NCBI RefSeq assembly: GCF_009914755.1
Contig: NC_060929.1
Length of the DNA: 64,000 nucleotides
DNA from: the human T2T-CHM13v2.0 reference genome, Homo sapiens
Strand: one strand, 5' to 3'
Shown here in pieces: positions 43,320-58,155 of the stretch. Under the pieces are notes generated by a model. That model had not been told where the DNA came from. It was given only the letters and a program-made list of their open reading frames with translations, and ran no database searches. Each line of letters begins with the position of its first letter. Within the stretch, counting starts at the first letter, position 1. The position numbers and the translations under genes are program-made.

Positions 43320-44143
43320 GTGAGTCAGGCCTTTGTAAATGCTGTATTCATTTGAGGGTAGATGAGGTGCAGATTCCAGGACAGCCTTTGGGTTCATACT
43401 GTCCTGTGATTCTGTCACAAATGCAGCCAAATTTGTACAGAGATTCAAAATATAGGGGAAGCAAACACTGGAGACGTTTGTTTTCTGTGTACATAGGCAT
43501 GTGCCCTTTTTCGTGTTACCTGGGGTTAGGGTTTCTAAGTGGTAAAAATTGTATTTTTGACTTTCACCAATTAACATTCTGGTGCGGCAAAGATGTAGCT
43601 AATTATAGCCAGAGTTATAGTTATAACTAGTTACAGCTAGTTATACCTGGAGCTTGGTCCAGCTGTCTGTAAATTATGTATTGGGCCAGAGGTGAAGGGG
43701 TACTTTACCTTCAGAGGTGGGGTACTTCATGCTATGGTGGCAAATTTTCTAGTGAATGGCAAATACTTAGAGAGCTTTGTCAGCCGAGCACAGACTGATT
43801 GGGATTGATAGAAGGATGTGTTTGGCCAGTGACCAGTGGGGTAGCAAACAGATTCATTTCTCAAAATAGCCAGGAGTTTGAGAGATTAATATATGAAGCC
43901 GTACATTGTAGCGTTTGGGGCCTCCTCCAAGGAAAACACTTCACGCTGGTGTTTATAGAGTTGACTTAAACTGATTTTTAGCACAATATGCTACCCTCGT
44001 GTGATGTTATTCTCTCCAAACCTTGTGTTAAGACTACAGAGACTGTTAATTACAACACATGTTTCTCCCCACCCTCTATTTGGGAAAAGCTCTATAAAGT
44101 ATTTTTTAACTTAGTCTTCACGACATTTTTATAGTGATCTTAG

Positions 44144-44368
<225 letters not shown>

Positions 44369-44861
44369 TAGTAGAGACAGAGTGTCACTATGTTGGCCAG
44401 GCTGGTCTCGAACTCCTGACCTCAAGTGATCTGCCTGCCTCGGCCTCCCAAAGTGCTGAGATTACAGGCGTGAGCCACTGTGTGGGGCCAACTTTGGCTA
44501 CTGTACTGTTTAACATTTAGCATAAAAACTCAGTAGGTCAAACTTCGCACATTTATTTAATCAAGTACAATTTATAATTGTTTTAATCAAGTTGGTTTTG
44601 ATCAATTAAGTTTTTCTCTGACCATTTAATGGTTAGCAGAAAATGAGGGGGGCATGGGGATTTCCTGGAGGAAATGAACTGCTTTTGGAAACACTCCTCA
44701 TCAACACCAGTCACAGGAGAGGTGGGTGCTTCACAGTTCCAACCTTCGTGAACCTTGTCTTCCCTCTTCTCTTTGCTTTCCACCCATAAAATGCAGGCAT
44801 CTTTATAAGACCTACCTTTCTTTGGGTGCCTCTCTTCTGTGTGTCAGGCACACTGTGCTAA

Positions 44862-44998
44862 GTAGGCTGCCAGATAAAATATTTTGTGTCCTATACAATA
44901 CTTGAGACATACTAAAACTAAAAGTTATTTGTTGTTTATTTGAAATTCAAATTTAACTAGGTATCTAGTATTTTTATTTGCTAAATCTAGCGACCCTG
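44862..44998. mobile_element. MER53 hAT-type MITE (internally deleted)
   Basis: taggctgccagataaaata...gctaaatctagcgaccctg terminal inverted repeats. Confidence 0.7.
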
Positions 44999-45492
44999 GT
45001 GCTCTAAGCACTTTCAAAAGTGTGATGAAGTATCCCTGAAATGTGTGGATAGAAATTATCCTCCCAATTTTATAAATAAAAGCATTTAAAATGTTACGCG
45101 ATTTGCTCAAATTCGCTCGTTGGTATTTTTCTCCTTTTTGGCTTCAAATCCTCCCTCTTTCTATGTCACTCGACTATCTCCTAGTGTCCTGGCTCTCAAC
45201 CTGTGATGTCCTGTAAATGTGTTTTTAGCAACAGTCACTCACTTTGATCAGCTGCTGTTTGCTTTTCTTGGTTTCTAGGTCTGAGCCAGGATTATATGGA
45301 GCTGGGGCAGGGGGCTAGATTCGTTTAGAATTCGTGGCTGGTTTACACCTACCTGTAAATAGGTTCTTAGAAAATGTCTTTAGATGCTATAAATGGAAAT
45401 TAGGAATTTAATGTAAATAAAAGGAAGATGAATTTCAATTGTCATCATGAACCTCAGAGCCAGGGAGTTAGAAATTTCCTTTCTCATTTTAG

Positions 45493-45651
45493 TGCCAAAA
45501 GGAAACCCAGTTGGTTGATAAGATAGTGCAGGACCTGGATGCCAATAAGGACAACGAAGTGGATTTTAATGAATTCGTGGTCATGGTGGCAGCTCTGACA
45601 GTTGCTTGTAATGATTACTTTGTAGAACAATTGAAGAAGAAAGGAAAATAA
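45493..45651 (+). CDS. S100Z: S100Z coding exon B (aa 48-99, canonical EF-hand)
   Basis: Acceptor ttcctttctcattttAG|. Encodes CQKETQLVDKIVQDLDANKDNEVDFNEFVVMVAALTVACNDYFVEQLKKKGK*, with EF loop DANKDNEVDFNE. TAA at 45649-45651, followed by AG|GTAAGT. Confidence 0.97.
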   Translation, partial: CQKETQLVDKIVQDLDANKDNEVDFNEFVVMVAALTVACNDYFVEQLKKKGK

Positions 45652-46059
45652 AGGTAAGTAATAAGCTCATCTAAAGGCAGAAATATATCCAAAGTTATGT
45701 ACTTAATGTTCATTTATACCCTTCAGATCTATAGACCCAGTAATGTCATTTATAGCTATAATATCCAGTGCATATATTAATAATTAATTGCTACTATTGA
45801 ATTATGTGCCCCTTAAAATATTGACTTTATGTAAATATTCTAAATCTCATATGCCCTACCTGAAACTTGCCTGTATTATTAAGAGGCTATATGCATCTTT
45901 TTGGTTTGTCAAAACGAGGGCATTACAAAAATTTAGCTACTTTCAAATGAGACTTGAATTTGGCAAATTTCTAAGATGGACATTCATATCCTTAAATTGT
46001 ATTTTGAACTTCTTACCCTATTAAAAAAAATTAACTGGGTTTCCTCATTCTCTTGTGAC

Positions 46060-46445
46060 TGTGTTTCAGATGGAAGGTGTGAGGGTCTATGAGCAGAAAG
46101 GCGGCTAAGCAGAAGTGCTGGCTTTTTCAGTGATTTCGTCAGGGAATGGATAGGTTCAGGGCTAGGTGGTCAAGCCGAGAGAGCTGAAGCCAGCAGCTCT
46201 TGTGAGCTGGCATATAAATACCCTCCTTTGCCCCTTGGGTTGGATAATTCTGAGGCAAGTGTTTGACACTATTTCCCACTGTTTCCCCCTGGGGCTGAGC
46301 CTCGGTAGGCCCCAAGGGAGGCCACCTTTTCTTCCTTATCTCACTTTCCTGCTCCAACCCTGAGTTTTCTGCATCTCTCAAATAAATGACTTCTACACGA
46401 ACCCTGGCCTCAGGGTCTCCCTCTTGGGGAACCCAAACTATGATA
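46060..46445 (+). mobile_element. LTR16-like ERVL solo LTR
   Basis: 3' end aataaatgacttctacacgaaccctggcctcagggtctccctcttggggaacccaaactatgata resembles LTR16; 5' boundary approximate. Confidence 0.6.
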
Positions 46446-46744
46446 GATCCTTTGGAGAATTTTAAGAAAGGGAGTGATATGATTATATTTATGCGTGTAA
46501 ATGATTACCCTAGCTACTGTGTAAAGAAAGGACTATAGAGATGGCAATCGTGGCAGGCAACCAGCTAGGAGGTTGTTGCTGTGGTCTGGGTAAGAGATGA
46601 TGGTATATCAGACCAGCAGTTCAGCACTGGAGATGAAGAGAAGCAGCTGAATTGGTTAAGTATTTTGGAGCTGGGACTGATAGGACTTGCTGATGGATTC
46701 ATAGTGAAGTGTGAGGAAAAGAGAGAAGTCCAGGATGACAAAAC

Positions 46745-47225
46745 AACCGTTGCTGTTTGCCCATCTGATATCTGTTCTTCCTTTCTTCTATGTATCAGAA
46801 CCCTGGTTTGTGCAGGGTGGCAATGTGCCTGGCTAAAAAGCCATATTTCCTAGCCTCTCTAACAGCCGGTGTGGGGCTTGTAATAGTTCTGGACAATGTG
46901 AGACAAGCAGAAGGCTACTGGGAATTTCTGGGAATGTTTTGCTATTGTAGACAAGAACCCATGTAGCTCTTTGTCTTCCACCTTGTTGAGTCTTTCCTTG
47001 TCTTTTTTTGTTGTTGTTGGGATGTGGATGTGAGGCTGGAGGTGGAACTGCTATCTTGCAACTATGAGGACCGTGGAGAAAAAAGATAGAAGGAGCCTGG
47101 GCATTGTTGTCATGGAGGAGCCTCTGCACAGCCTTGCTTGCCTGCTTCTGGTCCTCTCATTATGTGGGGGGAAAAAAATGACAGCTCTCTGGTTATCTGG
47201 TTCTATTACATGCAACCAAACACAA
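46745..47225 (+). mobile_element. Old MLT1-type LTR within L2 relics
   Basis: atatttcctagcctctct...gttctggacaatg and ctgctatcttgcaactatgagg motifs. Confidence 0.55.
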
Positions 47226-47719
47226 TCTGTAAGGTTTAGGGTTTTGATCAAGCAAATGATGCCTTTTACTAAATGGGAAAGACTGAGGGAAGAATCACTT
47301 TGGTGTGAAGGCATGTGGGCAGATCAATAGCTCTGTTTAAGGTGGTATTGGACATCCAGGTGGAGATATCACATGGGAAGTTGGAAATATGATCTGGTCT
47401 GGATCTCAGGGTAAATGGGGGACTGGAGATAGAGTTGGGAGTCATTTGTGGTCTTAAGCCACAGGATTAGAGGAGGTCACTCCGGATGAGAATGTGGATA
47501 GAGAAGAAGAAACGTCTGACAGTTTGCTGTAAAGAAAAGGAAGAGCCCATAAGTGATACAAAAGAGGCATGGCCAGGGAGAAAGAAGGAAAACCAGGAGA
47601 GTGTAGTGTTTCAGAAGCCTAGAGAAGACAGCACGTGGAGAAGGAAAGAGAGAAATCCATTCAGAGGTGAAGTAGGATGAGAACGAAGACTTGACCACTA
47701 GATTTGGGAAGGTGGAGGT

Positions 47720-48151
47720 TGTCTCACGCATCTGTGTGAAGAGACCCCCAGACAGGCTTTGTGTGAACAACATGGCTGTTTATTTCACCTGGGTGCAGGT
47801 GGGCTGAGTCCGAAAAGAGAGTCAGCAAAGGGTGGCGGATTATCATTAGTTCTTATAGGTTTTGGGATAGGTGGTGGAGTTAGGAGCAATGTTTTGCGGG
47901 CAGAGGGTGGATCTCACAAAGTACATTCTCAAGGATGGGGAGAATTGCAAAGAACTTTCTTAAGGGTGGGGGAGATTACAAAGTACATTGATCAGTTAGG
48001 GTGGGACAGAAACAAATTACAATGGTGGAATGTCATGAGTTAAGGCTATTTTCACTTCTTTTGTGGATCTTCAGTTACTTCAGGCCATCTGGATGTATAT
48101 GTGCAGGTCACATGGGATATGATGGCTTAGCTTGGGCTCAGAGGCCTGACA
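47720..48151 (-). mobile_element. HERV-H 3' LTR (LTR7B-like)
   Basis: Minus strand begins TGTCAGGCCTCTGAGCCCAAGCTAAGCC; AATAAA intact (47779-47784). Confidence 0.95.
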
Positions 48152-48312
48152 TTCCTGTCTTCTTATATTAATAAGAAAAATAAAACAAAATAGTGGTGAA
48201 GTGTTGGGGTGGCGAAAGTTTTTGGGGGTGGTATGGAGAGATAATGGGTGATGTTTCTCAGGGCTGCTTCGAGCAGGATTAGGGGTGACGTGGGAACCTA
48301 GAGTGGGTGAGA

Positions 48313-48740
48313 TTAAGCTGAAGGAAGATTTTGTGGTAAGGGGTGATATTGTGGGGTTGTTAGAAGAAACATTTGTCGTATAGAATGATTGGTGATGGCC
48401 TGGATGCGGTTTTGTATGAATTGAGAAACTAAATGAAAGACACAAGGTCCAAATAAGAGAAGGAGAAAAACAGGTATTAAAGGACTAAGAATTGGGAGTA
48501 CCCAGGACATCCAATTACAGAGTGTCCAAGGGAGTTCAGCATAATTATTTGCTTGGTTGTTGAGTTTTTGGGTGCTATCCTTGAGTTTTTTTATGTTGTC
48601 ATATACCAGGCCAGATTGATTTAGGTAAAAACAACACTCTTCATTTAAAAATATACAGAGTCCCCTTTTTTTCTTCATTTAAAAATATACAAGAGTACCC
48701 CTTTTTTAGTCAGGGCCTCGGGAATTTTGGAGGAAAGAGA
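48313..48740 (-). pseudogene. HERV-H env remnant (TM subunit)
   Basis: GLCIFLNEECC (CX6CC) motif and hydrophobic anchor WVLPILSPLIPVFLLLLFGPC. SU is largely deleted. A ~35-bp local tandem duplication at 48638-48707 disrupts the immunosuppressive-domain region. Confidence 0.9.
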
Positions 48741-49001
48741 AAAGCAAAGCCAGCAATTGTTTGTTAAAGAAGGATTAGAAATGGCTAGGAGAGAGTGACT
48801 GAGACTGATATAGTGTGGTGGAGATAGCTGGGGAGAGGTAGAGAGTGGCATAAAAATGGGGACAAGAATAAGAGCAAGTATAAAAGTAAAGAATAGGACT
48901 TCATCAGGGTGAAAGTATTGGAGTGTACTTTGTCACTGAAGAACTTCTATCCACTTAAAGAGAGACTTAAGGGTGGCAGTTTGAGGTAAAACCTGGAGCC
49001 A

Positions 49002-51248
49002 CTAAATACCAAGAGCCTGAGAAACTGCTTGGGTGATTTGACTAATAAAGGCCGGTCTGTTATTGGACTGTATAGAAGTGGGAAGGCCAAACCAAGGAAT
49101 TATGTTTGACAGAAGGGAAGAAATTACCACGGTGGCCTTCTCAGACCCTGTGGGAAAGGCCTCTACCCACCCAGTGAAAGTGTCTACCCAGACCAAGAGG
49201 TATTTTAGTTTCCTGATTTGAGGCATGTGAGTAAAGTCAATTTGCCAGTCCTGGGCGGGGGCAAATCCCCGAGCTTGATGTGTAGGGAAGGGAGGCAGCC
49301 TGAACAATCCCTGAGGAGTAGTAGTAGAATAGCAGATGGAACACTGAGAAGTGATTTCCTTAAGGACAGATTTCCATGATGGAAAGGAAATGAGAAGTTC
49401 TAAGAGGCGGGCTAGCTGCTTGTAACCTACATGGAAGAGGTTATGAAATGACGATAGACTAGAATGGGCTTGTGAGGCTGGAAGGAGATATTTTCCTTGG
49501 TCCAAGAACCATTTGCCTTGTGTGGGAAGAGATTGATAGGTGGAAGTTTCAGTGGGGGAATAGGTGAGAATGACCAGATGAGAAGGAGAAAAACTGCCAT
49601 GAGGGTTAGAAGTTGGAACTCTAGCTGCTTTTTTAGCTACCTTGTCAGCATAAGCATTGCCCTGAGTGATGGCATCTTATGCCTTTTGATGGCCTTTGCA
49701 GTGAATGACTTCAGCTTCCTTTGGAAGTAAAGCGGCCTTGAGAAGAGTTTTTATTAAAGAGGCATTAATGATGGAGGACCCTTGCATAGTGAGGAAACCT
49801 CTTTCAGCCCTTATAACAGCATGGTGGTGCAGGATATGGAAGGCATATTTACAGTCAGTATAAATATTGACACGTAGTCCCTTTGCAAGAGTGAGGGCTT
49901 GAGTTAAGACAATGAGTTTGGCTTGCTGAGAGGTAGTGGAGGGGGGCAGAAATTATATGCGTCAGGTGTGAGGAAGAAAATAGATTTTGGAAGTTATGAG
50001 AACTATAGAGAGTGAGTTGAGCACAGTTTGTGATTTTGAGGGCCTCTAAAAGTATTAAGGCAGCGGCAGCCACTGCACACAGACATGAAGGCTAGGCTAA
50101 AACAGTAAGGTCAAGTTGTTTGGATAAAAAGGCTACAGGGCGCAGTCCCAGCTCTTGTGTAAAAATTCCGACTGCACAGCCCTGCACTTTGGCTGTGTGT
50201 AATGAAAAAGGATTGGGATGAGTTAGGGAGAGCTAGTGTGGGGGCAGCTTCTAGGGCTGTTTTTAAGGAACGGAAAGGAGTGGCAAAAGGATTTAGGATC
50301 TGTGGGGTCAGCTAGGTTTCCTTTTGTGAGTTTATATAATGGTTTTGTTAGGATGGCAAAACCAGTATCCAAAGGCAAAAGTATCCAACCATGCCCAGGA
50401 AGGAAAGGAGTTGTTGTTTTGTAGAAGGCATTGGGGTTTGGGAGATTAGTCAGACGTGATCAGCAGGGAGAGCATGTGTATTTTCATGAAGAATTATGTC
50501 GAGATAGGTAATGGATGAGGAAGAAATTTGGGCTTGACTGAAGTAATGGGGGCTGTCCGTGAAGCCTTGTGGCAGTACAGCCCAAGTAATTTGTGAGTCT
50601 AATGGGTGTCAGGGTCAGTCCAAGTGAAAGCAAAGAGAGTCTAGGATGAAGGGTGCAAGGAATAGTAAAGAAAGCATGTTTGAGATCCAGAACAGAATAA
50701 GGGGTTATGGAGGGGTTGTGGAGGGTGGTATTGAGGATAGGAGAGTATATGGGTTTGGCACCATGGGGTGGATAGGCAAGACAATTTGGTTGATAAGGCG
50801 CAGATCCTGAACTAAGGTAAGGCTTGTCTTGTTTTAGGACAGGTAAAATGGGGGAATTGTAGGGAGAGTTTACAGGCTTTAAAAGGCCATGCTGTAACAG
50901 GCAAGTGATAACAGGCTTTAATCCTTTTAAAGCATGCTGTGGGATGGGATATTGGCATTGAGTGGGGTAAGGGTGATTAGGTTTTAATGGGATGGTAAGG
51001 GGTGCATCATTTGTCACCAAGGAGGGAGTAGAGGTATCCCATACTTGTGGGTTAAGGTAGGGGGATACGAGAGGAGGATGCAAAGGAGGCTTTGAACTGG
51101 GGAAAAGGGTGGCAATGAGGTGTGCTTGTAGCCTAGGAATAGTCAGGGAAGCAGATAATTTAGTTAAAATGTCTCGACCTAATAAGAGAGCTGGGCAGGT
51201 GGGGATAACTAAAATGAGTGCATAAAAGAATATTGTCCAAGTTGGCAC
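49002..51248 (-). pseudogene. HERV-H pol remnants (RT N-terminus, RNase H part, integrase)
   Basis: QYPIPQ...SPYNSPILPV and YSVLDLKHAFFTI (RT); HNLFH...CSIC and DWQIDFTHMP...VDTFTGWVEAFP (integrase), where the catalytic SDNG reads SNNR. Frameshifts and stops; no YXDD seen. Confidence 0.92.
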
Positions 51249-52900
51249 CAGAGTTGGGGAGTTTTAAGAGGTTTAGAAGCCTGGCCGTCAATACCAACAA
51301 CAGTTATGGAGGCAAGGGAAACAGGCCTTTGAAAAGAAGGTAATGTGGAGTTGGTAGCCTCCTTATTGATTAAGAAGGAGACGGACTTACCCTCCACTGT
51401 AAGAGTTACCCAAAGGGTCTGTGATGGTCCAGGGGGCTTCCGAGGTGATCAGGCAGCGTCAGTCTTTAGCCACTAAGCTGAGAATATCTGGGAATGAGTC
51501 AGTCAGAGAGCCTTGGGCCAGAGTTCCAGGGGCTCCGGGAGTGGCTGCCAGGTGAGTTGGACAGTCCGATTTCCACTGGGGTCCCGCACAGATGGGACAT
51601 GGCTTAGGAGGAGTCCCAGGCTGCGGACATTGCTTGGCCCAGTGGCCAGATTTCCAGCACTTGTAGCAAGCTCCTGGGGAAGGAGTTTCTGGAGGAACCC
51701 CTGGCAGTGGCGGTTCAGGTGTTTGGAGTTCTTGTGTGCTGGAGATGTGGCTGGGGTTTGTCTCACAGTGGAGGCAAGGAATTGCAACTCAGAAATACAT
51801 TGCTACTTGGCTGCCTCTACTCTATTATTGTACACCTTGAAGGCGAGGTTAATTAAGTCCTGTTGTGGGGTTCGAGGGCCAAATTTAATTTTTGGAGCTT
51901 TATTTAATGTTGGGAGCAAATTGGATAATAAAATAAAATGCATATTGAGATTAAGACGGCCTTCTGGCCCCTCTGGGTCTAGGGCAGTAAAGTGTCTCAG
52001 GGTTGCTGCTAAGAGGGCCATGAACTGGGCTGGGCTTTCGTCTTTACCTCGGGTAGTTTCTTTAAGTTTGTCATAACAGCTTCGTAAGCTGCCTTTTTAA
52101 GCCCTTTAACTAGGCAGGAAACCATGTAATCTCGCCTAGCTATACCTGGGGAATCTGCCTGATAGTTCCATTGGGATCTTCTTGGGGAACTGCTCTAATG
52201 CCTTCCTGGAGGTCTGGCTCATGAAGCCAGTGGTTATCAGTGTGAGATTGGGCTGGAGAAAAAACTCTTTCCCATTCATCCAGGGAGAGGGTAGAAGTCA
52301 GGATGACATTTAAGTCACTCCAGGTTAAATTGTAGGACAGAGTTAGATATCGGAATTCCTGTATATATTTAGTGGGGTCTGATGAGAAAGAGCCTAAACG
52401 CTGGCTGATTTGGGAAAGGTCTGATAGAGGAAAAAGGAGCATTAACGTTGACTATGCCTTCAGCTCCAGCCACGTCTTTAAGAGGAAATAGTTGGGCAAG
52501 TGGGGGAGGACTAGTCGCGGAACGAAACTGTAAACCAGACTGGGTGTGAGGAGGGGAGGTGATAGAAGGATTATAGGGTGCGGAAGCAGAGGCTGAGGAA
52601 GAATTGGGACCTGGCTTGGCCTGGCGAGGAGCAGCCTGGGGAGAAGGGGAGAGGTCAGATGAGTCCGTAGAAAAGAAGGATTCAAAGGACTCAAGAGCTT
52701 GGGGTGGAGACTGAAGGAACAGACAGGAGAGAAAGAAGAAAGATTTGGGACGAGTCTCACTGGGAGCAGAGACTAGGGAGGAACCAATGTGTAAAAGAAT
52801 GCCTGGACGTCAGGCACCTCAGACCATTTGCCCATTTTTTGACAAAAATTATCTAGATCTCATAGGATGGAGAAATCATAAGTGCCGTTTTCTGGCCATT
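51200..52900 (-). pseudogene. HERV-H gag-pro remnants
   Basis: Capsid-like LSQISQRLGSFSSDPTKYIQEF; zinc knuckles CYKCWKSGHWAKQC and degenerate CPICAGPQWKSDC (51561-51668); protease-like FLINKEAT and LLGRDIL; multiple stops and frameshifts. Confidence 0.88.
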
Positions 52901-53079
52901 TAGAACCATTGTCGAGCTTGTATTGGGGTCAAGCAGTATTGCAGAAGAAAATAAGGCGTTTAAGTTTTAGGTCAGGCGAGAGTTGAAGAGGTTTTAAGTT
53001 CTTGAGGACACAGGCTAAGGGAGAAGGAGGAATGGAGGGTAGAAGGTTGCCCATAGTGAAGGAGGCAAGTTTAAAGAGA

Positions 53080-53960
53080 AGGGTAGAGACATGGAGAGAA
53101 GGGGTAGGGGGTGCTTGCCCCCCAGGAAAGTGGAGAAGGGGTGGGAGGTGCTTGCCCCCCAGGGAAGTTGAAACGGGGTGGGAGGTGCTTATCTCCCAGG
53201 AAAGTGGGAATGAGGTGGGAGGTGCTTGCCCCCCAGGAAAGTGGGAACAGGGTGGGAGGTGCTTGTCCCCCAGGAAAGTGGGAACGGGGTGGGAGGTGCT
53301 TGCCCCCCAGGAAAGTAGGAACGGGTTGGGAGGTGCTTGTCCCCCAGGAAAGTGGGAACGGGGTGGGAGGTGCTTGCCCCCCAGGAAAGTAGGAACGGGT
53401 TGGGAGGTGATTGTCCCCCAGGAAAGTGGGAACGGGGTGGGAGGTGCTTGCCCCCCAGGAAAGTGGGAACAGGGTGGGAGGTGCTTGCCCCCCAGGAAAG
53501 TGGGAATGGGGTGGGAGGTGCTTGTCCCCCAGGAAAGTGGGAACGGGGTGGGAGGTGCTTGCCCCCCAGGAAAGTGGAGAAGGGATAGAGACACAGACAG
53601 AAGAGGTGGGGGCTGCTTGCCCCCCAGAAAAGTGGAGAGAAAAGACAGTAGAGGCACGGAGAGAAGGGGTGGGGGGTGCTTGTTCCCCAGAAAAGTGGAG
53701 AGAAAAGAGAGAGTAGAGGCATGGAGAGAAGGAGTGGGGAGTGCTTGCCTCCCAGGAAAGTGGAGAGAAAAGAGAGAGTAGAGAAATGGAGAGAAGGGGT
53801 GGGGGGTGCTTGTCCCCCAGAAAAGTGGAGAGAAAAGAGAGAGTAGAGACACGGAGAGAAGGGGTGGGGAGTGCTTGCCCCCCAGGAAAGTGGAGAAGGG
53901 GTGGAGACATGGAGAGAAGGTGTCAAGGGGTGCTTGCCCCCCAGAAAAGTGGTGCTTGCC
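53080..53960. repeat. Minisatellite in the HERV-H leader: 13 x 37-bp units followed by six 58-65-bp units
   Basis: Core GTGCTTG recurs exactly every 37 bp from 53111 to 53555, then at 53613, 53676, 53741, 53806, 53871 and 53930. Confidence 0.96.
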
Positions 53961-54408
53961 GCTAAGGGTGAAGGACCAAGGCAGGTGTCCCCGTGAGGTC
54001 AGACACCTCTGAAACGTGGGTGAATAATCAGGCAGGCGACCTGCAATGATTAAACACTAAGGGAAGGCTGCCTTCCCGAGTCTGTGACCTGCGCCGGAGT
54101 TTTGGGTCCACGGATAAAATGTGTCTCCTTTGTCTCTACCAGAAAATGAAAGGAATTGAAATTATGAGAAGGGACAGATTGAAGGGTGGCACCAAGATTT
54201 AAAGGAGAAAGAGGTTGAGGGATAGTGAGAGAGATTGGAGAAGAGAGTAAAAAGAGGCCACTTACCCGATTTAAAATCGGTGAGATGTTCCTTGGGCTGG
54301 TTGGTCTGAGGACCCGAGGTCGTAGGTGGATCTCTTCATGGAGTGAGGGCAAGAACAGGGGACTGGTCTCCTGAAGGAGTCCCGCTGACCGGGGTCTTTG
54401 GCACCAAA

Positions 54409-55154
<746 letters not shown>

Positions 55155-55201
55155 TAATCTGCCTGCTTCAGCCTCCCAAAGTGCTGGGATTACAGTCATG
55201 A

Positions 55202-55438
<237 letters not shown>

Positions 55439-55770
55439 TGAACTCCTGAACACAAGTGATCCACCTGCCTCGGCCTCCCAGAGTGCTGGGATTACAGGCA
55501 CGAGCCACTGTGCCCAGCCCAGAAGAGCCTTTCAATCTGGCAGGTAGAAGTTGCTCAATAAATCTATGCTTAGGGAACAAATGAAGGAATCTGCCAATTG
55601 CTGACTTTCTAGTGCTAAGACCTGCCATTTTTTTCCCCCTTAAATAGAATATTTTTGTCTCCCTTAAGCCAGTTCTGAGCAGATAGGACAGGGAGAATTT
55701 AGAGGGCAGAACATTTAAGAGAAGAAATGTAGACCATTGGTGTTTACTCACTTCTGTCTTTCAAAAGTTA

Positions 55771-57168
<1,398 letters not shown>

Positions 57169-57792
57169 TTTAGAAGAAAAAATTTTTTAAAAATTGAACA
57201 CATATGTTGGATGTGTTTAAGTTTGTTTTTTACAAGTTAATATACTACTCATGCAAGAGAAGATCTCGACATTTCGCAGGGGCCTTTAAGCTTTTCATTT
57301 TAATTTACTGCAAAGTTTACATATTCTAAAGTGAGTCACTAAAACATGAAAAGTAAATCCAGAATTTTCTTCACCTTCTAGTCCAGGATAGACATTATTA
57401 ACACAGAGAAATAAATGGAAAAACAATGTTAATTTCATGGCATTTCTAAAAATCGATTAAAAGTGGGGAAAAGCAATCTCTGTTTCAAATTAGATTTCAA
57501 ATAAGTAAGAATTACATGATGTACCAAAAGCTCTTTTCCAGTAAAGGAGAGGCTTTCTTTTCCTCATGTTAGGAACACACAATTTTGTAGAAGGCAAAAT
57601 TGGTTGTTTCTTATGCCCGGGGGCACTGGCCTTTGCATTTGCTGGAGTTTAAATAAATTTGAAGTTTAAAATTCAAGGACCATCTCTGAATGAGCAGCTA
57701 ATGTTTAACATTTTCTCATTGTGGTTATTAGATAGAGCAGCTTATGGAGACAAAAGCCTAGGCTTGCTTGAGACCCTGGGTTTGAGATGTGA

Positions 57793-58155
<363 letters not shown>

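Noticed and set aside
48313-48678. 121-aa env ORF as a functional envelope or syncytin-like gene
   Set aside because: Only the C-terminal TM part remains; no signal peptide, SU or intact immunosuppressive domain, and its ATG arises from a local duplication.
53100-53590. CRISPR-like 37-bp periodic array
   Set aside because: Head-to-tail units with no unique spacers, no cas genes, and a human ERV context.
52929-53965. Overlapping 245-307-aa ORFs on both strands
   Set aside because: Products of a stop-poor tandem repeat; the translations are periodic and low-complexity.
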